From Leptogorgia sarmentosa (Eukaryota), in the NCBI GenBank assembly GCA_964658305.1, contig OZ210885.1:18042001-18106000 (forward strand): a stretch of 64,000 bases of DNA, written 5' to 3'. The translations under genes were made by a program, and so were the position numbers. The notes below the pieces were generated by a model. That model was not told the DNA's origin and made no database searches. It worked only from the letters and a program-made list of their open reading frames with translations. Numbering within the stretch: the first letter of the stretch is position 1; the number at the start of each line of letters is the position of its first letter. Below are positions 37,012-48,940 of the stretch, in pieces.

Positions 37012-39011
37012 ATGGCAGAACAACCAGTACAAATTCCCACAGGAGATATCCAAGCCGCTCAAGCTGTCTTGTCCAACCCAGTCGAAGCCAACCAAGCTGC
37101 TCAAAGCGAAACCCCGCCAACACCAACAGCCCAACAGCCACACGTTGTATCAAACGAAGAACCAACAGTTCAGCAGCCAACAGCCGTTCCATCGGCAAGC
37201 GGAGAAATCACCTTAGAGGTTTGTAATAACTCCCTCTATATTTCACCTTATTTTTGTACTACACTTAGATGTCTCATCACTTGTCAACCTACACTTGTCA
37301 CCTTCCGTCTCAACCTACGTACTTATTTGATTTAAATTAATCTACCACCACGGGTACCTTCTGCTTTTAATTTATCAGCTACACCAGTTAGTCATTGTTT
37401 AATCTAACGTACATCAATATTCCTGTTTCGCCAGGGCTCATTGTGGCCGGTTCACGTCTCTTTGTAGCGCAAGTTTCTGTTCATCTTTCAACGTATATAT
37501 AATCATATCCCGCCCGGCTGCGGACGTATAACTTGGCAGCTTTGCGGGAAATGTACATTGTTATCCGATGATACAAACTATTTATTGTCCTGTGGAAAAT
37601 AACGTGCTATTAAAAAGCATTACCGGCTTAATTTTGTTTTGTTTTTATGTGCATCCACAAGATCATATGTACATTTCTCATCTACAGCCCTGCTTCAAAC
37701 GTGTTGATTTTGCGGGCTATTATGTGAATAATACCAACTTGAGTTCTCTTCAGCCCTGCTACAAACGTGCTTAAAGCTTTGCGGGCTTGCTCTATGTATT
37801 TCTGTTACTTCAGTCCTGCTACAAACGTGTTCTTTTGCGGGCTATTATGTGAATAATATCGAAAACTTGAATGTTCTTCAGCCCTGCTAAAAACGTGCTC
37901 TTTAGAAGCTTTGCGGGCTCGTTTACGCCAAGTTGTTGTTAATCTCTACATTTGTTGCCTCAACCCTGTTAAAAAACGTCTTTACGGCCGCTTTTATCTG
38001 AACAATACAATTATACATAACTTGAGTTCTCTCCAGCCCTGCTACACATTTGTCGTTTAACCTTTATGGGCTTACCATACGTACATTACGATTATACTTA
38101 TCGCCCAGCTGCTATATGAATACCAGAATGGCGGGAGAATTAAAAACTCCACAGATTACATTACAGCTAATCTTAATACTTATCGTGGTTAAATCACATG
38201 CTACCTTTTATCATTCTAATTTGAGCTATTAACATTGTTCACTCGATCAAACGTTTCTATTATTCTCTTACCTCTTTTGTTCTATTAACACACTACGCGA
38301 ATTTCAATTTGAATTGTCTCCTATTATATGTTTGCATTGTATTCGAAACGCCTACGAATTTCAAAATCAAACCATTATATTTCATATCACAATATCAGTG
38401 ATCCCAATACAATGCCATTATCGCTCTATTTGGTTTTATTTTATGTACAATAGTTTTGTTGTATCCCTACATCTCTCGGTTACATACATGCTTTACTAAA
38501 CTGTAGGCTCTACAACATCGTCTGAAAATTCTGGAAGAAACACAAGGCACCACTGTAGATGCACTCATACGCAGAATAACAAATTATGGCAGCCGGCGTA
38601 TAGAGGACTTTGACAAATATGAAGCGCTCCGCCTCGCTGAAGATCTAGTTTCAGTGGCAAAAACCTCGGGACACAACAAGGCCCCTACCTACGAGATCAT
38701 TGCATCCACTCTACAGGAAAAAGTTTCTGTCTCCACTGAACATTTTAAAGCATATTTCTTAGCCCTCCTTGCGGACAAGGAGTTCTCCCGCATTTTTGAT
38801 ACCGTCTCAAAGATTGATAAATCTTTTAAACGCACATTTCCATATCAACGTAATTCCCAACCACGTAGAGGAAGATGGGTCCAATCCTACACCACGTATT
38901 CTGTGTTACAAGTGTGGCACGCCCGGCCATAAAGCCCCACAATGTTGGAAACGCTCCAACACCCCACCTACCCGTCCAGACCACCCTCAACCTCACTCCC
39001 AAAAGCACTGA
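37012..39011 (+). CDS. Gag-like ORF1 with CCHC zinc knuckle, apparently spliced (37012-37218 plus 38507-39011), one frameshift
   Basis: The ATG follows a TATATAA box in repeat A. Donor GAG|GTTTGT at 37219 and acceptor CTGTAG|GCT at 38506 join in phase 0. CYKCGTPGHKAPQC is present. Confidence 0.7.
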
Positions 39012-39321
39012 CGACCGGGCATATGATGTAATCTTACTTACTTAAAATCATGTTTCAATAAATAATATTTATACATCAATTTTTTGTAATTTGCTCTCCG
39101 TTCTTCTCACCCTTTCTTTCCCACTTTTCCATCTTACTTCCACTTGTTATCCTACATCCATTTTATTTCCTTCTCTCCACCCTCCCTCGTGGATGGCATC
39201 CTCAAAGGGGATCTAAATTTCTCTCTCGAATTACCGGGGCTGAGTTTGCCATCCCCTGGGCCCATGTTATTCTGATCTCTCAACTTTCTTCTCTTCAGTC
39301 ATCCGAATCCGTCCTTCACCA

Positions 39322-41561
39322 GTGGGAGTTTACCTTGAATTTCGACCCCACCTCGGTTTTCAACACACCACGACTAATTGGATTCGGCATGATGGCTCAT
39401 CGGCCCAGGGGATGGCAAATAATCTCCATATTACACAACAATTTCTCACTTCCGTCATTCACGGCAAAACATTAGCTGATGTGTCTATGTTGGCTTTTCG
39501 TGATCCTCGTAGTTTCAAAGCTGGAAACCTTCACCAGTACAGTCATCAATGGGCTGCACTCCATCAAATATTTGGCAACCACCATTTTCCACAGGTACTT
39601 GATTGGATTCACAATTATGTGGATGTTACACAATTTTTTACCCCTTTCACAGGGAGTTATAAAGGCACCAACTACGATTCCGATACTCCCCCAGCCAAGA
39701 TATTCTCAAATAGTTCCTCATGTAAGCCTTTTGCCCAGTTTATTTCTGACACCATCATTAATAGGCTTGCATCAGGCGCCATTTCCCTATGAGGTAAGGT
39801 GGGTGAGTGTTCTCCACACATTGTAATGCCACTCACCGTTGAACCTTCAAAACCTCGCCTGTGTAATGACAATCGTTACCTAAATTTATGGATCCAAGAC
39901 CGTCCTTTTACCCTAGATAGCATTCAGCAACTCCCAACATACGTCGGACAAGATTTTTACCAAACTGTCTGTGATGATAAATCTGGCTATGACCATATTC
40001 TCCTCATGCCCGATAGTCGCACATATTTTGGTTTTCAATGGGGTGGTTGGTTTTTTGTAAGTTGCTCAATTCCCTTTGGTTGGAAAACCTCCGCTTATAT
40101 CTACCATACCACAGGGCTTGTAGCAGCACATTATTTACGTTAATTGAGAATTCCGTCGTCTCTATATATTGACGATAGACATAATTCGCAGCTGGCCCTT
40201 CCACCAAAACTGCTAACCCTGGTTTACCAGAACCTCACGTCGCCAGACACTATTAATTTCGCTCTGGCTAATGCAGCCAGTTTCCTTACATGCTATACCT
40301 TAGTTTCTCTTGGTTACTTCATCGGCTTGGACAAGTCCATCTTGATCCCATCAAAACAAGTCCCGTATCTTGGCTTCATCTCCGATTCTACAAAACAAGC
40401 CTTTACCCTATTACCTCATAAAAAAGAAAAATTCATAACACTGGTCAAGCATGCACTGTCTTTAAAGACAATCGATTTAACCACCTTGCAACGTCTAAGT
40501 GGAAAGTGTATCTCCCTGGCTCTTGCTGTCCCAGGCGCACGCTTATTTACCAATGAAATCAACCAGGCAATATCTCGTGCCACTCGCTCATCTCGACCGA
40601 TCGTCATCTCACAACCCTTACGGGAAGAATTACAGCATTGGCTATTCTTGGAGACTTGGGACGGTTTCCTTCCATGGCGATCTGAGAAGCATACCCAGAT
40701 CCAACTTTACTCAGATTCCTCATCCTTTGCCTGGGGCGGTACACTTTTGAGTCCGGGTGCTGTCACTGCCACCATCTCCGATTACTTGGATGCGACCTTT
40801 ATAGTTAATGACATCGCTTCTAAGGAAACATTGGCACTCAGTAATGTCCTCCAGGCTTTCGCAGATCGCGTCAGAAACTCCTGGGTAGATGCGTTCGTTG
40901 ATAGTCAAGCTCTGATTCGCTCATGGAACAGCCAGGGATCTCACTCTCACACTCTAACACATTGACTATTGCCCTAAAGACGCTGTTTGAGACCATCATG
41001 GAGCTGAATATCGACTTGCATCTCTTTTACGTTGCGAGCAGCGATAATCTCGCTGATACCCCTTCTCGGCGACTTAGCCCACAAGATTCAAAGCTTGCTC
41101 CAGAACTATGGAATCTCGTGCAACATTTATACGGCGGTCCAACAGGTCATTCCGTTGACCTTATGGCTCGACAGTCGAATGCGCAAACCAACCATACAGG
41201 CCACCGCCTACCATTCTTCTCAGAGTGTCTTCTTCCGGAATCTGCCGGTGTGAATATTTTTGCTCAAGTGCCAAGTTTAACCCGTCCTGGACTTTTTTCT
41301 AATCCATATGTGTTCCCACCCATTTGTCTCATCCCCCATGTCCTCAAATACCTTAATGGTCTACATCTCACATATACCATTGTCGTTCCGGACGTCTCCC
41401 CGCGACAATTTTGGTGGCCACTTTTATCTACTGATTCCACATCATGTTATCTGTTAGCCACCAAGGGTAGCACCGGAAGCATTCTCACCCCTACAAAATC
41501 TGGGTTCAGCGACAGTTGGCCAATTTCATGGGACCTATGGGCCTTTCGCATTACTAATTAA
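39322..41561 (+). pseudogene. RT-RNase H-DAM methyltransferase-like ORF of the PAT-like element
   Basis: KPRLCND, DDKSGYDH, IPFGW, YIDD, SDSS, VDSQ, NLADTPSR, DLMA and YVFPP. Stops at 39790 and 40141 and a frameshift near 40950. Confidence 0.88.
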
Positions 41562-41700
41562 ACACATGTAAAATACTTACCTAATGGTGCCCGAATTCTC
41601 CATGGACACATTCATCACATTTTCTATCCACATCTTCACATGTACCGCAGCGAAAGTTCTCAGAACGAATTTGTTCACAATTTAATTCCTGCACGTCACT

Positions 41701-43038
41701 TTGTTCCAGGCTCTCCCCGTAACTCCAAGACTCTTCATACCGGCTGTGTCATGCCCTTCCTGTACTTACGCTAATGACCATTTATTCCGCTTCTGCCAAA
41801 TGTGTGGTTACCAGAGATGTTGTACGCCCAGCCAACCTCTCCCTAAGCTTGAAATTGATCTCGATGACATAGACTCGCGTTTACAACAATTAAATGCCTA
41901 CGCCCAGGCTTCCTCCTATTCGAAACAGAAATCCTCGTTGCGCACCGAGTTCGAGTCCTTTTTATCCTCCCTTCCCACCACTACTTCTATCCAATTGGCA
42001 ACTCCACTGGATGTTATACGATTTCTGGTGTGGAAAGATCGTCACGGGAAGACGATATTGCATACAAGTCTCTGCCCGCAAGCCACCGTTCGACGTAAAT
42101 CCACTTGCAATTGCCCTACGCGTTTGGCTTTCAAAACTATCGATTCATATATCGGTAAGCTCCGTTCCATATTCAAAGAGATCGGCCGTACTGGTCCTTG
42201 GAATACTATCCTGGGCTTTGGAAACCCAGCGGACTCTTTAGAGGTCAATAAGTATTTGAAAGCAACAACTGAGGAACAGTTACGAGCCCACATCACCCCA
42301 CGACAAGCAGTTCCTCTGTTTTTACCCAAACTCTTACTCCTCGCCCGCTTTTTGAATAGAGAAATGTCAAAACAGACCCTTACACCGTCTAGTCTTTTCT
42401 TACTTGCTAGAGATCAAGCATTTTTCAAAACCTTATTCTTCAGTGCTGATCGTGGTGCGGACCTCGGCTTAATCAAAACCGACGAAATTTTACGTTTTCC
42501 CCACGATAATGGTTTTCTGTTCAACCATACATGGGGAAAAACATTGCGAGACGGCGCTTCGAATGTTTTTGGCATAAGGAGGCATTCAAACCCCGAGCTA
42601 TGTCCGGTCAAAGCTATTGAAACATATGTCGCGATTTGCTCCGACCTACGAGTCACCCTCACTACAGGATACCTCTTTCACCCGACAAACTCCCAAGGAC
42701 ATGTTGTAAATAAGCCTTTCACCAGCTCAGCCGCTGATGCTCGATTAAAGCTTTACCTAAAGCAAACACACATCGACGAAGGGGAAACTCTCCACAGTTT
42801 TCGTTGTGGTTCAGCTATCACATTGGCGCTATCCGGATCCCAGTTGGCGGATATCATGTCTCATGTTGGTTGGACCAACAAAGGAACTGCCTTGTATTAC
42901 ATGCGATTGGCTGAAGTACTACAACAAGGCAGCCCGTCTGATCTCTTGTCCTCAGAGACATGTGCCACATCTGCCGCCACAGAGTTATACTCCGACCTGA
43001 ATTGCCTAAAACACTTCCTCTCAGCCTTTCCGGGTTGA
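41701..43038 (+). CDS. Tyrosine recombinase with N-terminal CxxC...CxxC zinc finger
   Basis: Uninterrupted 445-codon frame with DRGADL, KT, CPV, HSFR, HVGW and YY (R-K-HxxR-H/W-Y). No ATG before the zinc finger. Confidence 0.92.
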   Translation: MFQALPVTPRLFIPAVSCPSCTYANDHLFRFCQMCGYQRCCTPSQPLPKLEIDLDDIDSRLQQLNAYAQASSYSKQKSSLRTEFESFLSSLPTTTSIQLATPLDVIRFLVWKDRHGKTILHTSLCPQATVRRKSTCNCPTRLAFKTIDSYIGKLRSIFKEIGRTGPWNTILGFGNPADSLEVNKYLKATTEEQLRAHITPRQAVPLFLPKLLLLARFLNREMSKQTLTPSSLFLLARDQAFFKTLFFSADRGADLGLIKTDEILRFPHDNGFLFNHTWGKTLRDGASNVFGIRRHSNPELCPVKAIETYVAICSDLRVTLTTGYLFHPTNSQGHVVNKPFTSSAADARLKLYLKQTHIDEGETLHSFRCGSAITLALSGSQLADIMSHVGWTNKGTALYYMRLAEVLQQGSPSDLLSSETCATSAATELYSDLNCLKHFLSAFPG

Positions 43039-44582
43039 GATTGGGCACGGTCTGGGGTTTAGGTTTTGAGTATGGGTGTTCACTGATGGGTGTATGTAGC
43101 CACTACAGGCGGGTGGGCTATAAGATCCTGTGACATAGCAATTAAGAGACTGTCGGTGCCCAATCTCAACACAAGGAGCGGGTGAGACCGGTGAGAATAA
43201 GGTACTATTCTCAGCGGTCACTCCCGCGCCTATATAAGGAGATTCGAACAGTCAGTAAGCTCAGTCTGTTGAAGTAACGTTCGTATTTGCGTGTAAAGAA
43301 AGAACATCACATTTATTATATCTCACTCACTCCTTCCATTTCAGTCTCGTCTCGTTGTTTTCCCTCTCCCCCCTCCCTATTTATTCAACTAGGACATCAA
43401 CGAGTCAGACTGTCGGTGCCCAATCTCAACACAAGGAGCGGGTGAGACCGGTGAGAATAAGGTACTAAACATGGCAAGTATAGATAGATCTTGTTGACAA
43501 TAAAGGCATTGTTTTGTGTGATCACAGTTGGTTGAACAATGGCAACCATTTTGAGAATATGCACAGACAATATGCACACAGTGTACATTTACTCACTCTC
43601 ATCTAAGGCAGCTTTTTTTTCGGCTGGTTGTGTAAGACTGGTTTTACCTTGGAAACAAAAACTATGGTTAATAGCTAGTAAAATCGGTTTTGAATTTAAA
43701 AACTGACAAATGTTTCAGATCTGCTTTAATTAATCTAGAGCATCCAAAAGATTGAAGACATAACAAAGTATACAGTATAGACTGTACCGATCGAACACAC
43801 TTGAAAACAGCATTCTTTAAATACATTTACTTACTTTTGTCAGAAAGAAGTGAATTAATTGCAGCTTCATCTGATATAAAATTGCTCAAACCTTCAAAAG
43901 ACATCGTAAAAGTCAATACAGTGAATAGTGTATGATTTAAAACTATCAGGTGATAATTTAGTCCAAAACGCACAATTATATAGAAATAGCGATATGAGTA
44001 TTTCGACTACCCGAGATGAAATTTTCATCCCTGTTGCCTGGGCCAAAAATCGCCATGTAATCGCGGAGAAACTTCAACCTGGGCCGAAGTACCCACACGA
44101 GCATGCGCATTACCTATATTCTTTAAAAAACAAGTATGGCTGCCAATGCTCCAAACGAAAATTCAGAAAAAAGGGAAGAATCAGAAAACAACATGGCAAG
44201 ATTTCGTTGGAACCAAGGAGGCAAAGTTTCCGACCTTATTCAATGTTTGGCACAATATAAGAGTACAATGGAATACAACAGCGATTCTTCGGCAGACAAA
44301 GTAAAACTATACGAGGCTGTCACACAAGCCATTTCTAAAATATACATCGACAAACCGTCGTTTTTTTGGTCCTGTGCGTATTACACCTTTGGACGTGGTT
44401 GATGAAGACGACCTAGAAGAAAAAGCAAGAGTATTCAAGCAGGAGAAGGACGACAAAGATATGATCAAAAAGGGTTATAATCGAGTACAGGAAAAATTAA
44501 AGGAGATAAGACAAAACTTCTCAAAAGCTGTAACCACAGGATCTCATAGCAGCAGCGGTAAAATTGTGCTGCAACATTATGA

Positions 44583-47508
44583 CAGTGTTTCCACATTGCA
44601 GGAAATTTCCTGTTTGCAGGAAAGTTTATTATTGAAAAGGAAAAAATCAGGATGAAGGAAAATTGAGGAAATCTGACAATATTCAGGAAATCTGAGGAAA
44701 TTCTCGAAAATTTTGATTTATATATTTTTTAAAATATATAAACTTATTAAAATTAGTTCTAAAGTACTAGACTAATCTAGACTATGCTAATTTGTATCAG
44801 AGGTTTGAATCTATGGCAAATCAGCTCTTATCAATGGTCATGACCATATATGGCATATGCATGCCCTAAAATTGGGCTCTTAAATCAGGCAAGTGAGGCA
44901 AAACAAAAACACAACTACACGAGGCCCCGCACACCTGGATATTTATCATTATAATATCATATTTACATATTTGGTTCACAGTTCATTTTTAACGTTGTAT
45001 TAGCATAATAAGCATATATGAATCATCAACTAAACTAACCAATGAAACGTGTAAACACAGCTGAACAGGACATCGAAAATTCAAGTGAATCCTATGACTC
45101 AAACGATGATGAAAATAACCCAAAGCCAAGTGCTCAAGATGGCTCGATTGATGAAGGAATGAACAGTAGAAAAACTGTGTCTGTAAAGAAGGCGAAACTG
45201 CCAGTTTAAAGACTGGCTGGAAAAGCGTGCCGGATTACCATACTGTAAACTTTGTGATTGCAAACTATCGTGTGCGAAAACTGCTCTGAAACGACACGTG
45301 AAGAATAAGAAGCATAACGAGAGAGGCCGAATGAAACAAGCCACACGCCCACTAAGCTTGTTGTTGGGATCCAGGGAATGCGCCGCCCGAATGGAAATAA
45401 AACTTTGCCATTTCATTGTTGAAAAAAACCTTCCTCTGAGCATAGTGGATGACCTATTGCCTGTCCTCAGGGACCTTTTTCCGTCCGATGAAACTCTTCG
45501 CCAAGTAGCCCTGGGAAAGCAAAAGGCTACTAATATTATACGCCAAGTATTGGGATTTCATTGTATCGAACTATGTGTGTCAAAGCTGAGAGCTAACAAG
45601 TTTTCTTTGATTCTAGACGAAACAACTGACCGGTCCACCACATCGCAGCTTGCAATACTGGGAATCTTCTTTGATCAACATAATTTTAGACTTGAAACAG
45701 TAATGATTGACTTAGTACCATTACCAAATGGTGCCGCAGCTACTATTTATGAAAATCTCATCAAAAGTTTGAAGGACAAAGATATCCCCATGACAAATGT
45801 CATAGGCTTCTGCGCTGACACCTGCAACGTCATGTTCGGGGTTAATCACTCAGTGGCCCAAATGCTGATGCGTGATTATCCCTGGATTGTAGCGGTAAAG
45901 TGCTCATCCCATTTAATCCATCTGTGTAGCTCATACGCCTCCACGAAGCTTCCAAAGTCTCTTGAAGATCTTTGCAGGAATATATATTCGCATTTTAGCC
46001 TGTCCAGCAAGAGAACTGTAGCATTTAAGGAGTTTCAGGAGTTTTTTAAGCTAGAAGAACTGAGAATTCTAAAGCCAGGTATATCAATATTTGATATTGT
46101 GTTTGAACATTTTTTTTTGGTATTTGTCACTGTCCTATTCACTTATTTTGCTCTATTTCCTTCACATATCTAGTTCAGACTAGATGGCTGTCAATGAAGT
46201 TATGTGTAAAACGAATCCTGGACCAGTATGCTGCATTAAAATTGTACTTCACTAATGTTGTTTTTGAAGATCCTACACACACCAATGATTCAATACTGGA
46301 GAGATTGAACAATAGATTCACTGAAGCCTACTTGGAGTTCCTTGACTACAATTTGGGGAGGATGGTGTCCTTTAATGTTCTTTTCCAGAGCGAAATTCCA
46401 CTGTTGTATAAGCTTAAAGGAGAAGTTGAGAATCTAACAAAGGCACTCTGTTTTGATTTTATGAAGATAGCCTTTGTGAGAAGCACTGATGCTTTCAATA
46501 TTGATCCTTCCAGAAGTGACAAGCAGGTTCCACTCAATCAAGTGTATCTTGGTATTGCAGCAACTGAGACCTTGTCTACCATTAGAGCTGAACTTGGAAA
46601 TGAAGATGTTGGTATTTCTGTTGTTTACTCTCAATGTAGAGATTTTCTGGTTGAAGCAGTGAAACAGATACAAAGTCGGTTCAGTGACTGCAAAAACCTA
46701 GATGTGCTTTCTTGTCTTTCCCCAAATGTTGCATATAATCTGAAGATTCCTTCACTTAGTGATCTGTACAAGAAAATGCCCATCCTCGCAGATGTTGCTG
46801 ATTTACAAAGTGTTGATACAGAATGGAGGAGTCATTCACTTAACTCAGACCTGAATGATGAACTCAGTGCTGAAGAGTACTGGCAGGTGATATTCAAGGA
46901 GAAAAACAGTTTGGGTGAGCAGGCAAAGCCAAATTTGGTAAAGGTTGTGAAATTGCTTTTGTCTTTGCCATATTCGAATGCAGCAGTCGAGCGAGTATTT
47001 AGTCAACTTAAGTTGATTAAAACTGATCACAGAGCTAACCTAAAGCATGAAAGTTTACTAGCTCTGTTAACCACAAAGATGACAATCCTGAAATCAAGCT
47101 CATCGGAGAGTAACAGTTGTAAAACTGTTAAGCTTGATTGCACGAAGGGAATGCTAAGTCTTCACCATGCCATGAAATCAAACGCTGATGATGATGATGT
47201 TACTACAATGCAAAAAGAGTTTATAAAAAAACTGAAAACAGACTAGCTGTTATAACTTACTATGTTGTTATGCAGGAGTATTTTGCTGTTTTTTTGTACA
47301 CAGTAATAGTATACAACATAACGTTAGGGTTCTGATTAAATAAAAATGTCGTTTTGTTGCCTTGAACTGAAATGAAATACATTTTAATAGCAAAAACAAA
47401 TTTAAAACTTTAGGAATTTTTGCAGGAAAATACAAATTATATTCAGGAAATTTCAGGAAATTTCAAGCAGACAACAAGAAATTTCGTAATTCAATTGTGG
47501 AAACACTG
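44583..47508 (+). mobile_element. hAT DNA transposon, full length
   Basis: TIR cagtgtttccaca; 8-bp TSD CATTATGA at 44575-44582 and 47509-47516; subterminal caggaaa repeats. Confidence 0.95.
45042..47246 (+). CDS. hAT transposase (BED-like zinc finger, DDE, dimerisation domain); one intron and an N-terminal frameshift
   Basis: YCKLC...H...H, LDETTD, ADTCNVM, CSSH, TRWLS after intron 46079-46173, and PYSNAAVERVFS. Confidence 0.9.
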
Positions 47509-48115
47509 CATTATGATCAGCTGGTCCAAATATGGGGCGGAAGTCCAGCAACGAAACCTTTGGCATTTGGCACAAGCACAGATGAGGTTAATAGCAATGA
47601 TGATACCCCTATCACTGACATAAATACAGAATATAGCCCCATAAGTGTTGATGCAGGAACACCTGAAAGCAGCATTACAAATGTCGAAGTGCAATTGTCA
47701 GATGGAGAAGATGACAATAATGGCATGTCTTTAACACGTAAATGGAAAAGTAACGAGAATCCAGTGCCAAAATTAATTGACAATAAGCGCAAACATATGG
47801 AACTTCAGCTCAGTGCATTGCAGCGTGATCAGATTCTTATTAAAGGGGAACTCCAGTCCCCAAACAAGTTTGGCTTAAATAAAAGACTATACATTCAATA
47901 TATAGTTCCTAAAGTATCTCGGTCCAAATCGTTTTAGTAAAGGAGAAATCACTCGTCAAAGTTCGCAAATTTTGCAAACTTCGACGCCATGTTGTTCTTT
48001 TACGTGCAGACGCGAATTTGGTCAGCGCCCTTATTCGTGACGTCATTGCGTGCTACAGAAATGCTTCTGAAGTGCTGTTGTCTCACATTGCTAGTGTTTT
48101 ACATTTGATTTCATC

Positions 48116-48850
48116 ATGAATGTCGATCGTTCATCGGATTCAAGAACTTCAAGTTCTTCAGGCGAGAGTTTAGATGAATTTCATAGGAATATTTTACAAG
48201 GGGGCGAAGTCCTGGGCTATCAGTTTGAACCTAGACGAAATACTAATAGCGCCAGTGCTGAATTAGCTGACAATGAAGACGACCAAAGTATGTCGATTGA
48301 CGAGGAAGAATCGTTCGTTCGTTTGGGCAATCTTGGCTGGTAAAACATCATTTGTGGTTTATATTGACGAATTGAATTTTTGTGTTCTTGAATTATGTCA
48401 TTCCCAGCATAGCTATTTCTTATTGTTAGGTGTTTATGTGATCATTGCCAGATAATGGATAGAGAGGAAGAATGCGTCTGTTGTCATGAAATTGAACAGG
48501 TCGCTAATAAAAATATAGAAGTTATGGAATACACAAAGCCAACCGTGCCATATAACTGCATAACAGATAATCCGGGTTTCCATACAGTCTGTTTAGATAG
48601 ATGGGTTTTACAGGCTGCTTGGCTGGACTATAAACAGCAGTATGGAAGTACAGCATATGAAGGCCCTGAGCACAAAATCTCTCGCCACGTCGCATACCGC
48701 TAGCTAGTGCGATGGTGTTGGGGAGTAGTTGGGAAAGAAATACGAGTTGTTCTTCCATCTTGTGCTGTTAGTTGCATTCGAGCCCACTTTCCACCTCCAG
48801 GTGATGAAGATGACTTTGAGTTTGTTGGATTTCGCTTTGCTGATGAATAA
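48116..48850 (+). pseudogene. Kolobok KolX accessory protein (P2RX7 C-terminal-like, Cys-rich)
   Basis: YQFEP, W|CLCDHC, ECVCCHE, CIT..PGF..VCL and RVVLPSCAV..IR..FP. In-frame TAG at 48701. Confidence 0.85.
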
Positions 48851-48940
48851 CTTGATTGTTCTGTGTTAAAAAATGTGAGGTATTTGACATCTTTATCAAT
48901 TGAATGCATAAACTCCCAGTTCAAATATTCTAAACGTCTG

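Larger units (their letters stand above)
36923..43467 (+). mobile_element. Full-length PAT-like DIRS tyrosine-recombinase retrotransposon with split direct repeats A1...B1-A2-B2
   Basis: A1 36923-36999 matches A2 43204-43280 (1 mismatch). B1 43147-43207 matches B2 43407-43467. No TSD; ACTA is shared at the junctions. Confidence 0.92.

Noticed and set aside
36923..43467. Ngaro classification or a prophage integrase
   Set aside because: The methyltransferase-like domain after RNase H favours PAT-like DIRS over Ngaro; RT, gag and split repeats exclude a phage.
48116..48850. Host P2X7 receptor gene
   Set aside because: Only the Cys-rich KolX-type domain is present, and it lies inside Kolobok TIRs.
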